Of a stretch of DNA of 64,000 bases, positions 38,821 to 47,440 are shown piece after piece (position 1 is the first letter of the stretch; each line of letters opens with the position of its first letter). Position numbers and translations under genes: made by a program. A model generated the notes under the pieces. That model had not been told where the DNA came from. It did not search any database and saw only the letters and a list, made by a program, of their open reading frames with translations. Where the stretch lies: the IMG/VR virus record IMGVR_UViG_3300027212_000008. One strand, written 5' to 3'. This DNA comes from an uncultured virus (IMG/VR IMGVR_UViG_3300027212_000008) (taxonomy: Duplodnaviria > Heunggongvirae > Uroviricota > Caudoviricetes > Crassvirales).

Positions 38821-39369
38821 TTACTTTTTACTTAGTTTAATTACTTTATTTACATATCCTGGATCTTCAGCATAATTAGCTTTTAGATACTGTATGTATT
38901 CTCCTTCAGTTTTAATATCTCCTAGAAATCTAGCTTGATAAAATGCATAATCTAGTACAGATTCTTTCCAATTATCAAATACAGCATGACCTCTGTTTTC
39001 ACCTTTGTTGGTAGTAGGTCTTCTAGAAGCTATCTTCATTCCAAATAAATTATTATTTTCCCTAAAGATAATTGATTTAAAATAACCTGATTCTAATTTA
39101 GCTTGAGCAAATACTATATGTGGAAACTTAATATTTAATCCAATAATATATTCTTTTAATTTAACCTCACTAAACTCATTCTCCTGGTTAATAACTAGCA
39201 TCCTAGTTTCTTCAGTAATATACTTTATACTGTTTAATTTATCTGTTTGCATATATAATGCAACTCCAAATGATAATGCAGAGCATATTAGTACAATTAA
39301 GATTACTCTTAAATAACTTCTTGTAGCTTTAACATAGTTCATCTTGTGTTTATCAAATTTATACAACAT
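38821..39369 (-). CDS. GH73 glucosaminidase/muramidase-like protein with N-terminal membrane anchor
   Basis: AQAKLESG, NNLFGMK, YAEDPGY; hydrophobic segment at about residues 20-40. Confidence 0.85.
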   Translation of the reverse strand: MLYKFDKHKMNYVKATRSYLRVILIVLICSALSFGVALYMQTDKLNSIKYITEETRMLVINQENEFSEVKLKEYIIGLNIKFPHIVFAQAKLESGYFKSIIFRENNNLFGMKIASRRPTTNKGENRGHAVFDNWKESVLDYAFYQARFLGDIKTEGEYIQYLKANYAEDPGYVNKVIKLSKK

Positions 39370-39398
39370 AATTTATGATTTAGATTATTAATAAATAG

Positions 39399-39482
39399 TA
39401 ATCAGAGGAGGACTCAAACCTCCATTCTCTCCTGGCATACACCATATTGAAATTAGGATTGTGTTAATTACACCACCTGACT
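39399..39482 (-). ncRNA. tRNA-like RNA with an aberrant anticodon arm
   Basis: Acceptor AGTCAGG/TCTGATT; D-arm GTGT/ACAC; T-arm GGAGG-TTTGAGT-CCTCC; no canonical 7-nt anticodon loop. Confidence 0.65.
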
Positions 39483-39571
39483 AATGTAAATAGATAAAGT
39501 GCCTGATCCATGTACTACTGTGGGCACTTTTAGTTTAATTAGTTACACTTCATGGTCATCTACTTACAATT

Positions 39572-40429
39572 TTAAAAAATGTATCTTATTGTATTCCAAG
39601 GAATGATTTCATCATGTATTCTTATAAAACTAGATATAAAATCTTTTTTAAGATTATGTTGATATCTTACATTTTTACCTCCATATTGAGAAGTTTTAGT
39701 TTCTTGAATACTTGGCGTCCACATTAATTCTTCTCCAGGAATATTATTAGCTAGATTATACTTGTGTTTATCTTCATTATGAGTTAAGAATATTACTTCA
39801 GCTTTTACTGTAGATTTATAATCTACATAGTCATTTAGCATATGAAATAGTTCTTCATAATCTTTTTCCCAACCTTTGTATACTACTACAGGTGAAAAGT
39901 TTACATGTACATCGTAGCCACTGTCTATAAATGCATCAATTGCTTTTATTCTATCTATTATCTTACTAGTCTTAGGCTCTAAAATATCAGATATCTTTTG
40001 AGGCATAAGACTAAATCTAATCCTAACTTTATTTTGAGGATTAAAACTTAAAAAGTTAATAGGTATAATTTTAGTAGCAAAAGTTGCTTTTGCAACTGGA
40101 TGGTCTCTGAAAAACTCAAAGATATATTCCCAATTATAATACTTAGAATGCAATGCAAAATCTTCATTACATGCTATATCATAAGTGATATACTCTTCAT
40201 CAGTTTGATTAGGCTTTTCTACATTAGAATAAAAATACGCATGATCATTAATGCTTGTAAGTATATCTCCTATATTTTTAGCAATGCTTAATCCTTCAGG
40301 TTTATGACGTTTCATATAACAATAAGAACAAGTTAATAAGCATCCGTAACCAAATGAAGGAGTAATATAATCACTTGATCTTCCTGATTCTCTAATAGTA
40401 AAAGTTTTTCTTATTACTTTTTCTAACAT
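39572..40429 (-). CDS. Spore photoproduct lyase family radical SAM protein
   Basis: GCLLTCSYCYM (CxxxCxxC), DIACNED, FATK, RIRFSL, NFSPVV. Confidence 0.85.
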   Translation of the reverse strand: MLEKVIRKTFTIRESGRSSDYITPSFGYGCLLTCSYCYMKRHKPEGLSIAKNIGDILTSINDHAYFYSNVEKPNQTDEEYITYDIACNEDFALHSKYYNWEYIFEFFRDHPVAKATFATKIIPINFLSFNPQNKVRIRFSLMPQKISDILEPKTSKIIDRIKAIDAFIDSGYDVHVNFSPVVVYKGWEKDYEELFHMLNDYVDYKSTVKAEVIFLTHNEDKHKYNLANNIPGEELMWTPSIQETKTSQYGGKNVRYQHNLKKDFISSFIRIHDEIIPWNTIRYIF

Positions 40430-40520
40430 TAATTTTAATTTTTAAGTGTTATTTAATAGGAGCACAGTCTTCTGAAGCTGTGCATGATCCATCACAATTA
40501 CATATATACATCATAATTCT

Positions 40521-40790
40521 TTAATTAAAAGGGTTTAATACTCCAAGCTGTCTAAAATATTTCTCTCTACGAGACATTAATTCATAATCATTTTCAGCTA
40601 TTAAACTATTATAATAACACATTGTTTCATATTGCTCTATATCTTCTATTAAACATATAACTGGAAAATGTTCAGTTATTAAGTCAGCCATTTCTTGGTT
40701 ATCTTTAGGCTTATAGTCTAAATGTATAGTGCGTAAATACAGTCCTATGTCTAACATAGTCACTCTAGGTTTTGCTTGAATATCTTGCAT
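40521..40790 (-). CDS. Hypothetical protein
   Basis: 89-aa ORF. Confidence 0.6.
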   Translation of the reverse strand: MQDIQAKPRVTMLDIGLYLRTIHLDYKPKDNQEMADLITEHFPVICLIEDIEQYETMCYYNSLIAENDYELMSRREKYFRQLGVLNPFN

Positions 40791-40842
40791 AATGTATTTG
40801 TTTAAAGTTCAAAACGTCAAATTTTTTAGTAATTCCTAAAAG

Positions 40843-40881
40843 AAAAAAAGGGAAATAGTCCTAAAACTATTTCCCAATTTT
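40843..40881 (-). terminator. Intrinsic terminator
   Basis: gggaaatag/ctatttccc stem with an A-run on the + strand. Confidence 0.75.
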
Positions 40882-40895
40882 TAATCTTTAAAAGA

Positions 40896-41414
40896 TTATG
40901 CTCCTAAAGCATCTGCAATAGCAGAAGAAGCATCAGTGTCAACTGCTAAACGAGTTGTATCTGCAATCAAAGTGTGCTTAGGCTCGCCAAGTACAACTGA
41001 AGTATTTACATAAATGTACATACCATTGCTCATAATGAAATCTCCATCTTTTCCTGCACGTTTAGCACGAGTCTCGAAGTTAGCTACATCATATTCAGTT
41101 CCTTTTGTTGACTCTGTAATTTGAAGATTCAAACTTCTGTCATCACCTGCAATCTTTGGATCAACCATATTGATTTCCAATTCTTCTCCTTCTGCCAATC
41201 CAGAAACGTCTATACCGAACTGTAATTGAACGTCTGAAGGTTGTGCAGATAACCAAGAATAACGAGGCTTAGATTGGTTAAATCTTTCATCAGAAGCATT
41301 TAAAATTCCTAACAAAGCTGTTGGAGTTTTTCCTGTTTCGATAATTTGTGAGAAAGTTAATTGAACTTTCCCGCCTTTAATTCCTTTTGCTGATACTAAT
41401 GTTACTTTTTTCAT
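40896..41414 (-). CDS. Hypothetical beta-rich protein
   Basis: 172-aa ORF with its own terminator. Confidence 0.8.
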   Translation of the reverse strand: MKKVTLVSAKGIKGGKVQLTFSQIIETGKTPTALLGILNASDERFNQSKPRYSWLSAQPSDVQLQFGIDVSGLAEGEELEINMVDPKIAGDDRSLNLQITESTKGTEYDVANFETRAKRAGKDGDFIMSNGMYIYVNTSVVLGEPKHTLIADTTRLAVDTDASSAIADALGA

Positions 41415-41656
41415 GATAATTTGTTTTAAAATAGTTAAAATATTTATTTATATATCTCCTATAGTACAGACTTTAAAAGTCTAAGAATTAGTAGCCTAGG
41501 ATAAACTACTATTCTTTCATTAAACCTAAATTAATGTGTAACTACCTTTTTACTGCCTAGCGGCAAATAGTTATCTATGTATGTATTAAGCTTTGTGTTT
41601 AAGAAAATAAAATAGCGGTACTTTATCCACAATTTCCCGCTATTTCCCCTTAAACT

Positions 41657-42064
41657 TTATCTTGGCAATGTTTTAAACATAAACATTTTAGTGTCGTAAG
41701 CATATCGTATTGATAATTCATCTGTTGTATTAAAATCTGCAGTTACTGTAAATGCATTTTTAATACTAGACTCATCACCTGTTGCAATATATATTAGTTT
41801 CCATTTTTCAGTTATTGGATCAAGGAAAGTAACTACATATTGATTATTTATAGGCAATATTATTTTATATTGAGTAGAAGATATTTTCACTGAAGGAATT
41901 TCTTTTTCTAACCACCAGCCAACAAAGGTTGTGTCTTCGTATATTGCTCTTCTAAGTTCCATATCTATGTTGTAAGCGGCTTTAATGTTTACAGTGAATG
42001 TCATCGTTTGCGATTGTACTCCTTGACTAATAGTCAGAAGTATCATTAAGATAAATAGTTTCAT
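41657..42064 (-). CDS. Secreted/periplasmic hypothetical protein
   Basis: Signal peptide MKLFILMILLTISQGVQSQ; terminator-like hairpin at about 41610-41645. Confidence 0.65.
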   Translation of the reverse strand: MKLFILMILLTISQGVQSQTMTFTVNIKAAYNIDMELRRAIYEDTTFVGWWLEKEIPSVKISSTQYKIILPINNQYVVTFLDPITEKWKLIYIATGDESSIKNAFTVTADFNTTDELSIRYAYDTKMFMFKTLPR

Positions 42065-42094
42065 GATAATTAAGTTTTATAGTTAGTTAATAAT

Positions 42095-42132
42095 AAAAAA
42101 CCTCTTACTCTAAGTTAATAGAATAAGAGGTT
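42095..42132 (-). terminator. Intrinsic terminator
   Basis: aacctctta/taagaggtt stem with an A-run. Confidence 0.65.
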
Positions 42133-42193
42133 ATATAATCGTAAAAGAAAATGGGCTATCCTTTGATAGCAATGCAGTTTATACTGCTCACGA

Positions 42194-42439
42194 TTAATTT
42201 TGATTGTGCATTAAAGCTTTATCAGCTAGAGCACTTATTTTCATAGACATATCTAATGTCCATAGTTTAGTAAATTTATACTTAGCTCTGTCTGGTTCTT
42301 TGTGACAGTGCTCTCTATATAACTGTTCTTCAATTTTTGTAACAGAATTATCTGATTCGGAAATAACATGTATAGTTAGTTTCTCATCTTCAGAAAAGAT
42401 AATGTCTAATCTGTACACATAGTCTTTTAAGAAATCCAT
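42194..42439 (-). CDS. Hypothetical protein
   Basis: 81-aa ORF between terminators. Confidence 0.6.
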   Translation of the reverse strand: MDFLKDYVYRLDIIFSEDEKLTIHVISESDNSVTKIEEQLYREHCHKEPDRAKYKFTKLWTLDMSMKISALADKALMHNQN

Positions 42440-42476
42440 AGTCTTTAAGTTTAAGAGTTAAAGATATTAAATAATT

Positions 42477-42507
42477 AAAAGAATCCCTAAAAAAGTTTTA
42501 GGGATTC
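42477..42507 (-). terminator. Intrinsic terminator
   Basis: gaatccctaaaa/ttttagggattc stem. Confidence 0.65.
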
Positions 42508-42523
42508 ACAGAACTATAAGTTC

Positions 42524-42718
42524 TTAGTGGAATTTATGGCCTTTACAGCCATTCCTATTAAAAGTTCTATTACAGAACTTAATAAAAGATTGGTGACGAT
42601 AATGCTTTTTGTAATTATATCCGCGTTTATTAGCAGGATAAGCACCATCATTTGTCTCTGCACTAGCAAATATACTTACTGCGATTATAGCTAATGTTAT
42701 TAATAATAGTTTCTTCAT
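42524..42718 (-). CDS. Small secreted basic protein
   Basis: Signal peptide MKKLLLITLAIIAVSIFASA. Confidence 0.65.
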   Translation of the reverse strand: MKKLLLITLAIIAVSIFASAETNDGAYPANKRGYNYKKHYRHQSFIKFCNRTFNRNGCKGHKFH

Positions 42719-42742
42719 GATATATATGTTTAATTAAAGGTT

Positions 42743-42786
42743 AAAAAAGAAATAATCCCTATCATTAAGCTATAAGATAGGGATTA
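42743..42786 (-). terminator. Intrinsic terminator
   Basis: taatccctatc/gatagggatta stem with an A-rich flank. Confidence 0.6.
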
Positions 42787-43343
42787 ACAGACTTAAAAAG
42801 TCTACCTGAACAACAGTGAGGTATAAGATTATCCGTGCTGTTATAAGTGTTATTTAGAAGAATCAAGTAATGCCATACTTGCTATTCCTCCAATTGCAGA
42901 ACATACTATTATGAAATCCCCCATGTGATTTCCTCCCATCATTAAGATAGTTCCAAATACTAGAGTCACTGCACAATACAGTGAGAATCCATAAGCTAAT
43001 GCTTTCATAATTTCTAAGTTTTAAAAAATCATTGGTAAAATGTATATTGCATCTAATGCAAGACATGTTATTACAACTGATATCCAATCAGTTGGTTTAT
43101 CTGCTTTAAAAGCAGGTAGTATACAAAGAGTTATCATAAGTTTAAATTTTAAAGGTTAATAAATACATAAGCAAATCCGCAAAAGCTTATGAGTCATCTA
43201 ATTTAACGGATCCCTTGGTAGGGTAGATGTTTCTACTAAGATGATTAATCTCTTTTAGCTAATAGATAGCGACAATACACTATATTTCAAGTGCATGTAT
43301 TTAGTCAGCTATTACAGGAATCACCCATACTGACAGAAGTATT

Positions 43344-43598
43344 TTAATATTCATCATCAGGAGCATAGTCTTCTTCAAGCATTTGCTCAATGAAGTTCTG
43401 TGCTATATCACCGTGTATCTCAAACTTAGGTTTTACAGGTGTAGCTTTTACTCTTATAGTATTATTGATAATATGTTTAAGAGTATTTCTTAAGTGTTGT
43501 ACATCCATTGTATCAACATCTATTTTTCTGCCATCTTTTGTGGTCCAATATGTCTTTTCCATTTTATAATGTTTTACGTGTACATATAATAATTGCAC
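43344..43598 (-). CDS. Hypothetical protein (start probably at MEKTYW)
   Basis: WTTKDGRKIDVDTMDVQHLRNTL motif. Confidence 0.7.
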   Translation of the reverse strand: MQLLYVHVKHYKMEKTYWTTKDGRKIDVDTMDVQHLRNTLKHIINNTIRVKATPVKPKFEIHGDIAQNFIEQMLEEDYAPDDEY

Positions 43599-43794
43599 CT
43601 GTTGTTCCCCATCCTAAAAATGACCAGTTAGCAGCCATTAATTGATCATTGCTATCAGCAATAAATAATGCTGCTAAAGATACTGTCATCATAACTAAAC
43701 ATAATATAGTTACTACTGTTGCAAGAGTTATTCTTTTCATAAGTTTAAGTTTAAGTTTATTTTTAAGTTTAATGCATAGATAGTATTCCAACAA
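43564..43794 (-). CDS. Small membrane protein (start probably 43740)
   Basis: Two hydrophobic segments. Confidence 0.55.
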   Translation of the reverse strand: MLEYYLCIKLKNKLKLKLMKRITLATVVTILCLVMMTVSLAALFIADSNDQLMAANWSFLGWGTTGAIIICTRKTL

Positions 43795-43947
43795 ATACAG
43801 TTATTAAAACTGTTTTTAAGCTGTCCCTATAAGTCATAGGTTAGAAATATTTTTCTACTAAGATTGAGATGCATTCTCTTTTGGATACTCTATACACCCA
43901 GTTACTTCTTCCATTTAACCACGGTAGTAACACCGTAGGTTCTGCAA

Positions 43948-44397
43948 TCCCTCTGCACTCAGTTGTAATAGCTCTATTGGCTAAATGAAAGCATAAGTTC
44001 ATATACAATCAATATTACAACTGCTCACCCTTGGGAAGTGAGTTGTGGTGCATTAAACTCTTTGGACCTCCTGCCTTTGCTTCAAGGTAGGCAGAACCAC
44101 AATTGAGGTCCTCAAGTATACATAAATAATTAAAAACATCACAGCAAGGTTCTCGTCCTTGCCTAATTCAACGGTAGTCCCCACCCTTATAACATTACCT
44201 CTCAGTTAAGAGTCAGTAATAGCTTTTTATACAAGTTGACCTCTTGTAATTGGACTGTGATGTTAAAACTCTCACCCATTGGATACTTATATTGCTATAA
44301 GCACAAGGTTGCAACCCTTGATACTCTTTAAGAATTGTACTATAATAATAGGTTTTTCTGACTATCTTAATGTATTATTCCTGCTTGGATGAGAGTA
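43948..44397 (-). ncRNA. Cluster of candidate structured non-coding RNAs
   Basis: Four consecutive multibranch folds, each with its own closing stem, in an ORF-free segment; strand inferred from flanking genes. Confidence 0.55.
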
Positions 44398-44821
44398 AAA
44401 ATGATTTTGTTGATGCCCCCTTGAACATACTACAGTACAAAATCTAAAACTTTGAGTAAATGAATCTCTGGTTCAAATGTGTGTCTATTTTACTACTCAA
44501 CACATTCTAGATATTTTCTTTGTTACGGTCTGTATATCACACAGCACTGAGATGTAAATACATCTAAACTACTAAGAGCAACTATAGCTCCTTGATAAAT
44601 TAAGCCATACCCTTATTAAAGGATATGACTTATCAATGCTTTAAGCATTCTCGTTACGTAACCAGCTTGGGTTAGTAACTACTCCGTTAACTATACACAT
44701 GTCTCTGAGTATTAGAACGTTAAGGGTATAAATTAAGTACGTCACGTGTACTAACGTCAAGTATATTCACCGAAAGACTGCGGCTATATTCACCGAAGGA
44801 CTCCCCGCAAAGCGGTACTCC

Positions 44822-45100
44822 TTAAAGGAGTACTGCTTTGAAGTGTGGGCTGTTAGGCTTCGCCACGAAGTCCACTCGGTTAGAGTAGTCATCGTCCATT
44901 GGCAATGCCTTAACAACTACGTCCAATGTGTGTACTGCCTGCATAAACAGTGAAGCATACGCAGCACCGCATGCCAAGCCGTTAAGGGACTTGTCCTTAC
45001 GGAACACTACGAGTACTCGAGTCTCGAACTCGCCAGTCATTGCATCATCAGCCCAAACTGGGCACTCAACTTCTTTAATTTGGTGGATTGAAATTTTCAT
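44822..45100 (-). CDS. Hypothetical protein, first gene of the minus-strand block
   Basis: 92-aa ORF, markedly GC-richer than the rest (31 of 60 GC in 44821-44880). Confidence 0.6.
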   Translation of the reverse strand: MKISIHQIKEVECPVWADDAMTGEFETRVLVVFRKDKSLNGLACGAAYASLFMQAVHTLDVVVKALPMDDDYSNRVDFVAKPNSPHFKAVLL

Positions 45101-45162
45101 GTCAATAAGTTTTAAGGGGGGATTTGTTTCCCGTCCAAGATTTAGTGGGGGTTGTTGACTGT

Positions 45163-45573
45163 GATAGAAACCACTTCTGATACATTACAATCATTATAAA
45201 TATAAAAAAAGAAAAAGGGATAGAACCACTTCTGATACCCCACAATAAAATAAAAATATAATAAGGGGGGGATTACTTACTATGTACTGTAACCACTTCC
45301 GACCAATCATACCCAAAAAAATATACAGAATAAAAAATATAAAAAATATAAAATAATATCTAAGGTAAGTGGCTAAACGTAGCTACACACGTACATACAT
45401 ACGTCCGCACCTACTGTGTAGGTTTACCTATACATAGTCCAAAAACTATATAATATTAACTATCAACTAGTTATGGTTTTTTACTACCATGTTTAGTAGG
45501 CTCTTACTACCATGTACGTGATAGTAATAACCTAACAAGCAATGGTAGTTGGACTACCACTTACATGATAGTA
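45163..45573. repeat. Iterated repeats in the divergent intergenic region
   Basis: AACCACTTC core at 45169, 45224 and 45291 separated by A-tracts; TTACTACCATGT at 45481 and 45504 with a variant at 45553. Confidence 0.8.
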
Positions 45574-45663
45574 CGTCCCATAACTATAATATTTTATAAT
45601 TCCTACACAAAAATTAATTATTTATTAACGCCTACTATTCATTAAGTGTTCGATAATAATTAG

Positions 45664-45671
45664 TACATTTG
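45664..45671 (+). promoter_or_regulatory. Bacteroidota -7 promoter element (TAnnTTTG)
   Basis: TACATTTG, 21 nt before the ATG at 45693. Confidence 0.5.
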
Positions 45672-45692
45672 GGGACACCTTTAACAGATAAG

Positions 45693-46472
45693 ATGAATAT
45701 TAGAAAAAGAATGTTCTACGATATTGAGGTTTCCTATTTTATCATCAGCGCATGGAGACTAGGATACAATCTCTCAATACAACCCCATCAAATTATTAAG
45801 TATCCTGCCATTATCTGTCTCTCCTGGAAATGGGAAGGAGAAGATACAGTACAAAATCTTAGATGGGATAAGAAACAATGTGATAAGACTCTATTAGCAA
45901 ACTTCATAAAAGAGTTAGACAAGGCCAATCAAATTGTAGCACACAATGGAGACAGATTCGATTTAAAATGGCTACGCACTAGAGCCATCCTTCACGGACT
46001 AGAAATGAAACCTAGATATGAAACTATAGATACTCTTAAGATAGCTAAGTCTCAATTCAGTTTTGCATCTAATAAATTAGACGAACTAGGTAAATTCTTA
46101 GGAGTTGGTCAGAAAATTCCTACCGACTATTCCTTATGGGATAGAATCTGTCAAGAAAAATCTCCTGAAGCGCTAGACGACATGGTCAAATATTGCGATG
46201 AAGATGTTAGATTACTAGAAAGAGTATTTGATAAGATACGACCTTACGGTAAAGCACAGTTTAACTACGGCAAACTTTATGGAGATGACAATTGGTCTTG
46301 TCCAGAATGTGGTAATTTAAAAACTACAGTTAGCAAAGCTTATACTACTGCAATGGGTACACGTAGATATTATTTACGTTGTAGAACTAATAAATGCAAT
46401 ACTAATTTCCCAGTAAGTAATAGAACCTACCTTAAAATGATGGAGTGGAAAGTGCTTAACCCTACTATTTAA
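45693..46472 (+). CDS. DEDD / RNase_H_2 family 3'-5' exonuclease with a C-terminal Zn ribbon
   Basis: YDIE, HNGDRFD, IDTL, YCDEDV; CPECG...C....C; ATG at 45693 preferred to TTG at 45669. Confidence 0.85.
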   Translation: MNIRKRMFYDIEVSYFIISAWRLGYNLSIQPHQIIKYPAIICLSWKWEGEDTVQNLRWDKKQCDKTLLANFIKELDKANQIVAHNGDRFDLKWLRTRAILHGLEMKPRYETIDTLKIAKSQFSFASNKLDELGKFLGVGQKIPTDYSLWDRICQEKSPEALDDMVKYCDEDVRLLERVFDKIRPYGKAQFNYGKLYGDDNWSCPECGNLKTTVSKAYTTAMGTRRYYLRCRTNKCNTNFPVSNRTYLKMMEWKVLNPTI

Positions 46473-46531
46473 CTATCATTTTCATATATTTTTACTATCA
46501 AATTTGGATAGTATCTATATTATTCTGATAT

Positions 46532-46864
46532 TTGTACTATCAATTATGTATATTTGCAATGTATAAGTACAAGGATAATAAAAATAGGAAAATGATAGCA
46601 GTGTATCTAGATACAAAAGAAAGTGTATTATTAAAGTCTAATGATAGGACTTTCCATGTACTATTTCACATCTTACGTCAACTAGACTTTGAGAGAAATC
46701 TGTGGTATGCAGATAAAGAAAATAAAGTAATCATCATGAACAAATTAGGAATATCACCTCCTACTTTAGACAAGCATCTAGCCTCTCTAAAGGAAAGGGA
46801 TTTAATAAGGACAGCAGAAACACGTGGAAGATATAGATTAAATCTAGAAATCTTTTCAATGTAA
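46532..46864 (+). CDS. Winged-helix DNA-binding protein (true start probably downstream)
   Basis: KLGISPPTLDKHLASLKERDLI...RGRYRLN. Confidence 0.8.
   Translation: MYYQLCIFAMYKYKDNKNRKMIAVYLDTKESVLLKSNDRTFHVLFHILRQLDFERNLWYADKENKVIIMNKLGISPPTLDKHLASLKERDLIRTAETRGRYRLNLEIFSM
46549..46556 (+). promoter_or_regulatory. Bacteroidota -7 promoter element (TAnnTTTG)
   Basis: TATATTTG upstream of the wHTH gene. Confidence 0.45.
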
Positions 46865-47091
46865 TGGCTACTGAGGATAAAATTGGAGAATTTATATCTG
46901 AGGATTTAGGAAAATTATTCAGAAGAGAGCAGGGTCTGGCAAATAGTTTTAAAGGTTACTGTGCCAAGCACAATAAAATATTTGAAACATCCATTTGCAT
47001 GTCAGCATCAGATCCTGTTTTATTCACTTTACAAATTAGAATTAAAAATAAAGATAACAATGACAACAACGGAGAAATTAACAGAAATTAA
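46864..47091 (+). CDS. Hypothetical protein
   Basis: 75 aa, coupled to the upstream stop. Confidence 0.6.
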   Translation: MATEDKIGEFISEDLGKLFRREQGLANSFKGYCAKHNKIFETSICMSASDPVLFTLQIRIKNKDNNDNNGEINRN

Positions 47092-47440
47092 AAAAGTATT
47101 AGCAACTTGTTTTATTAATGCTACGGACAAAGCTATGCAACATGGCTTACAGTTTAAATATACTTCTTACCCAGTGCCTGAAGAAACTGGATGGGCCCTA
47201 GATGTTATTGTCAAGGAAGCGGGGTACAGCGAGAGAACTATACAACAGTTTAGATATAAGAAACCTGATGATATAGATATTAAGAATATGGAGTATCATG
47301 TTATCTTAGACGTACTAGGTTCCTTAGCACAAGGTGCATTAATCACATGGTACGAAGTAGCTAAGATGCTAGCAACAGACACAGACTTACAAAAAACTAT
47401 TATAGATGAAACAAAGAAAGGTAATATCACTTCCAACTAA
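47060..47440 (+). CDS. Hypothetical protein (start re-called at MTTTEK)
   Basis: ATG at 47060 minimises overlap with the upstream gene. Confidence 0.65.
   Translation: MTTTEKLTEIKKVLATCFINATDKAMQHGLQFKYTSYPVPEETGWALDVIVKEAGYSERTIQQFRYKKPDDIDIKNMEYHVILDVLGSLAQGALITWYEVAKMLATDTDLQKTIIDETKKGNITSN

Noticed and set aside
42863..43087. 74-aa ORF from the track
   Set aside because: Atypical composition and a non-ATG start; a shorter hydrophobic ORF in another frame is equally plausible, so it is left uncalled
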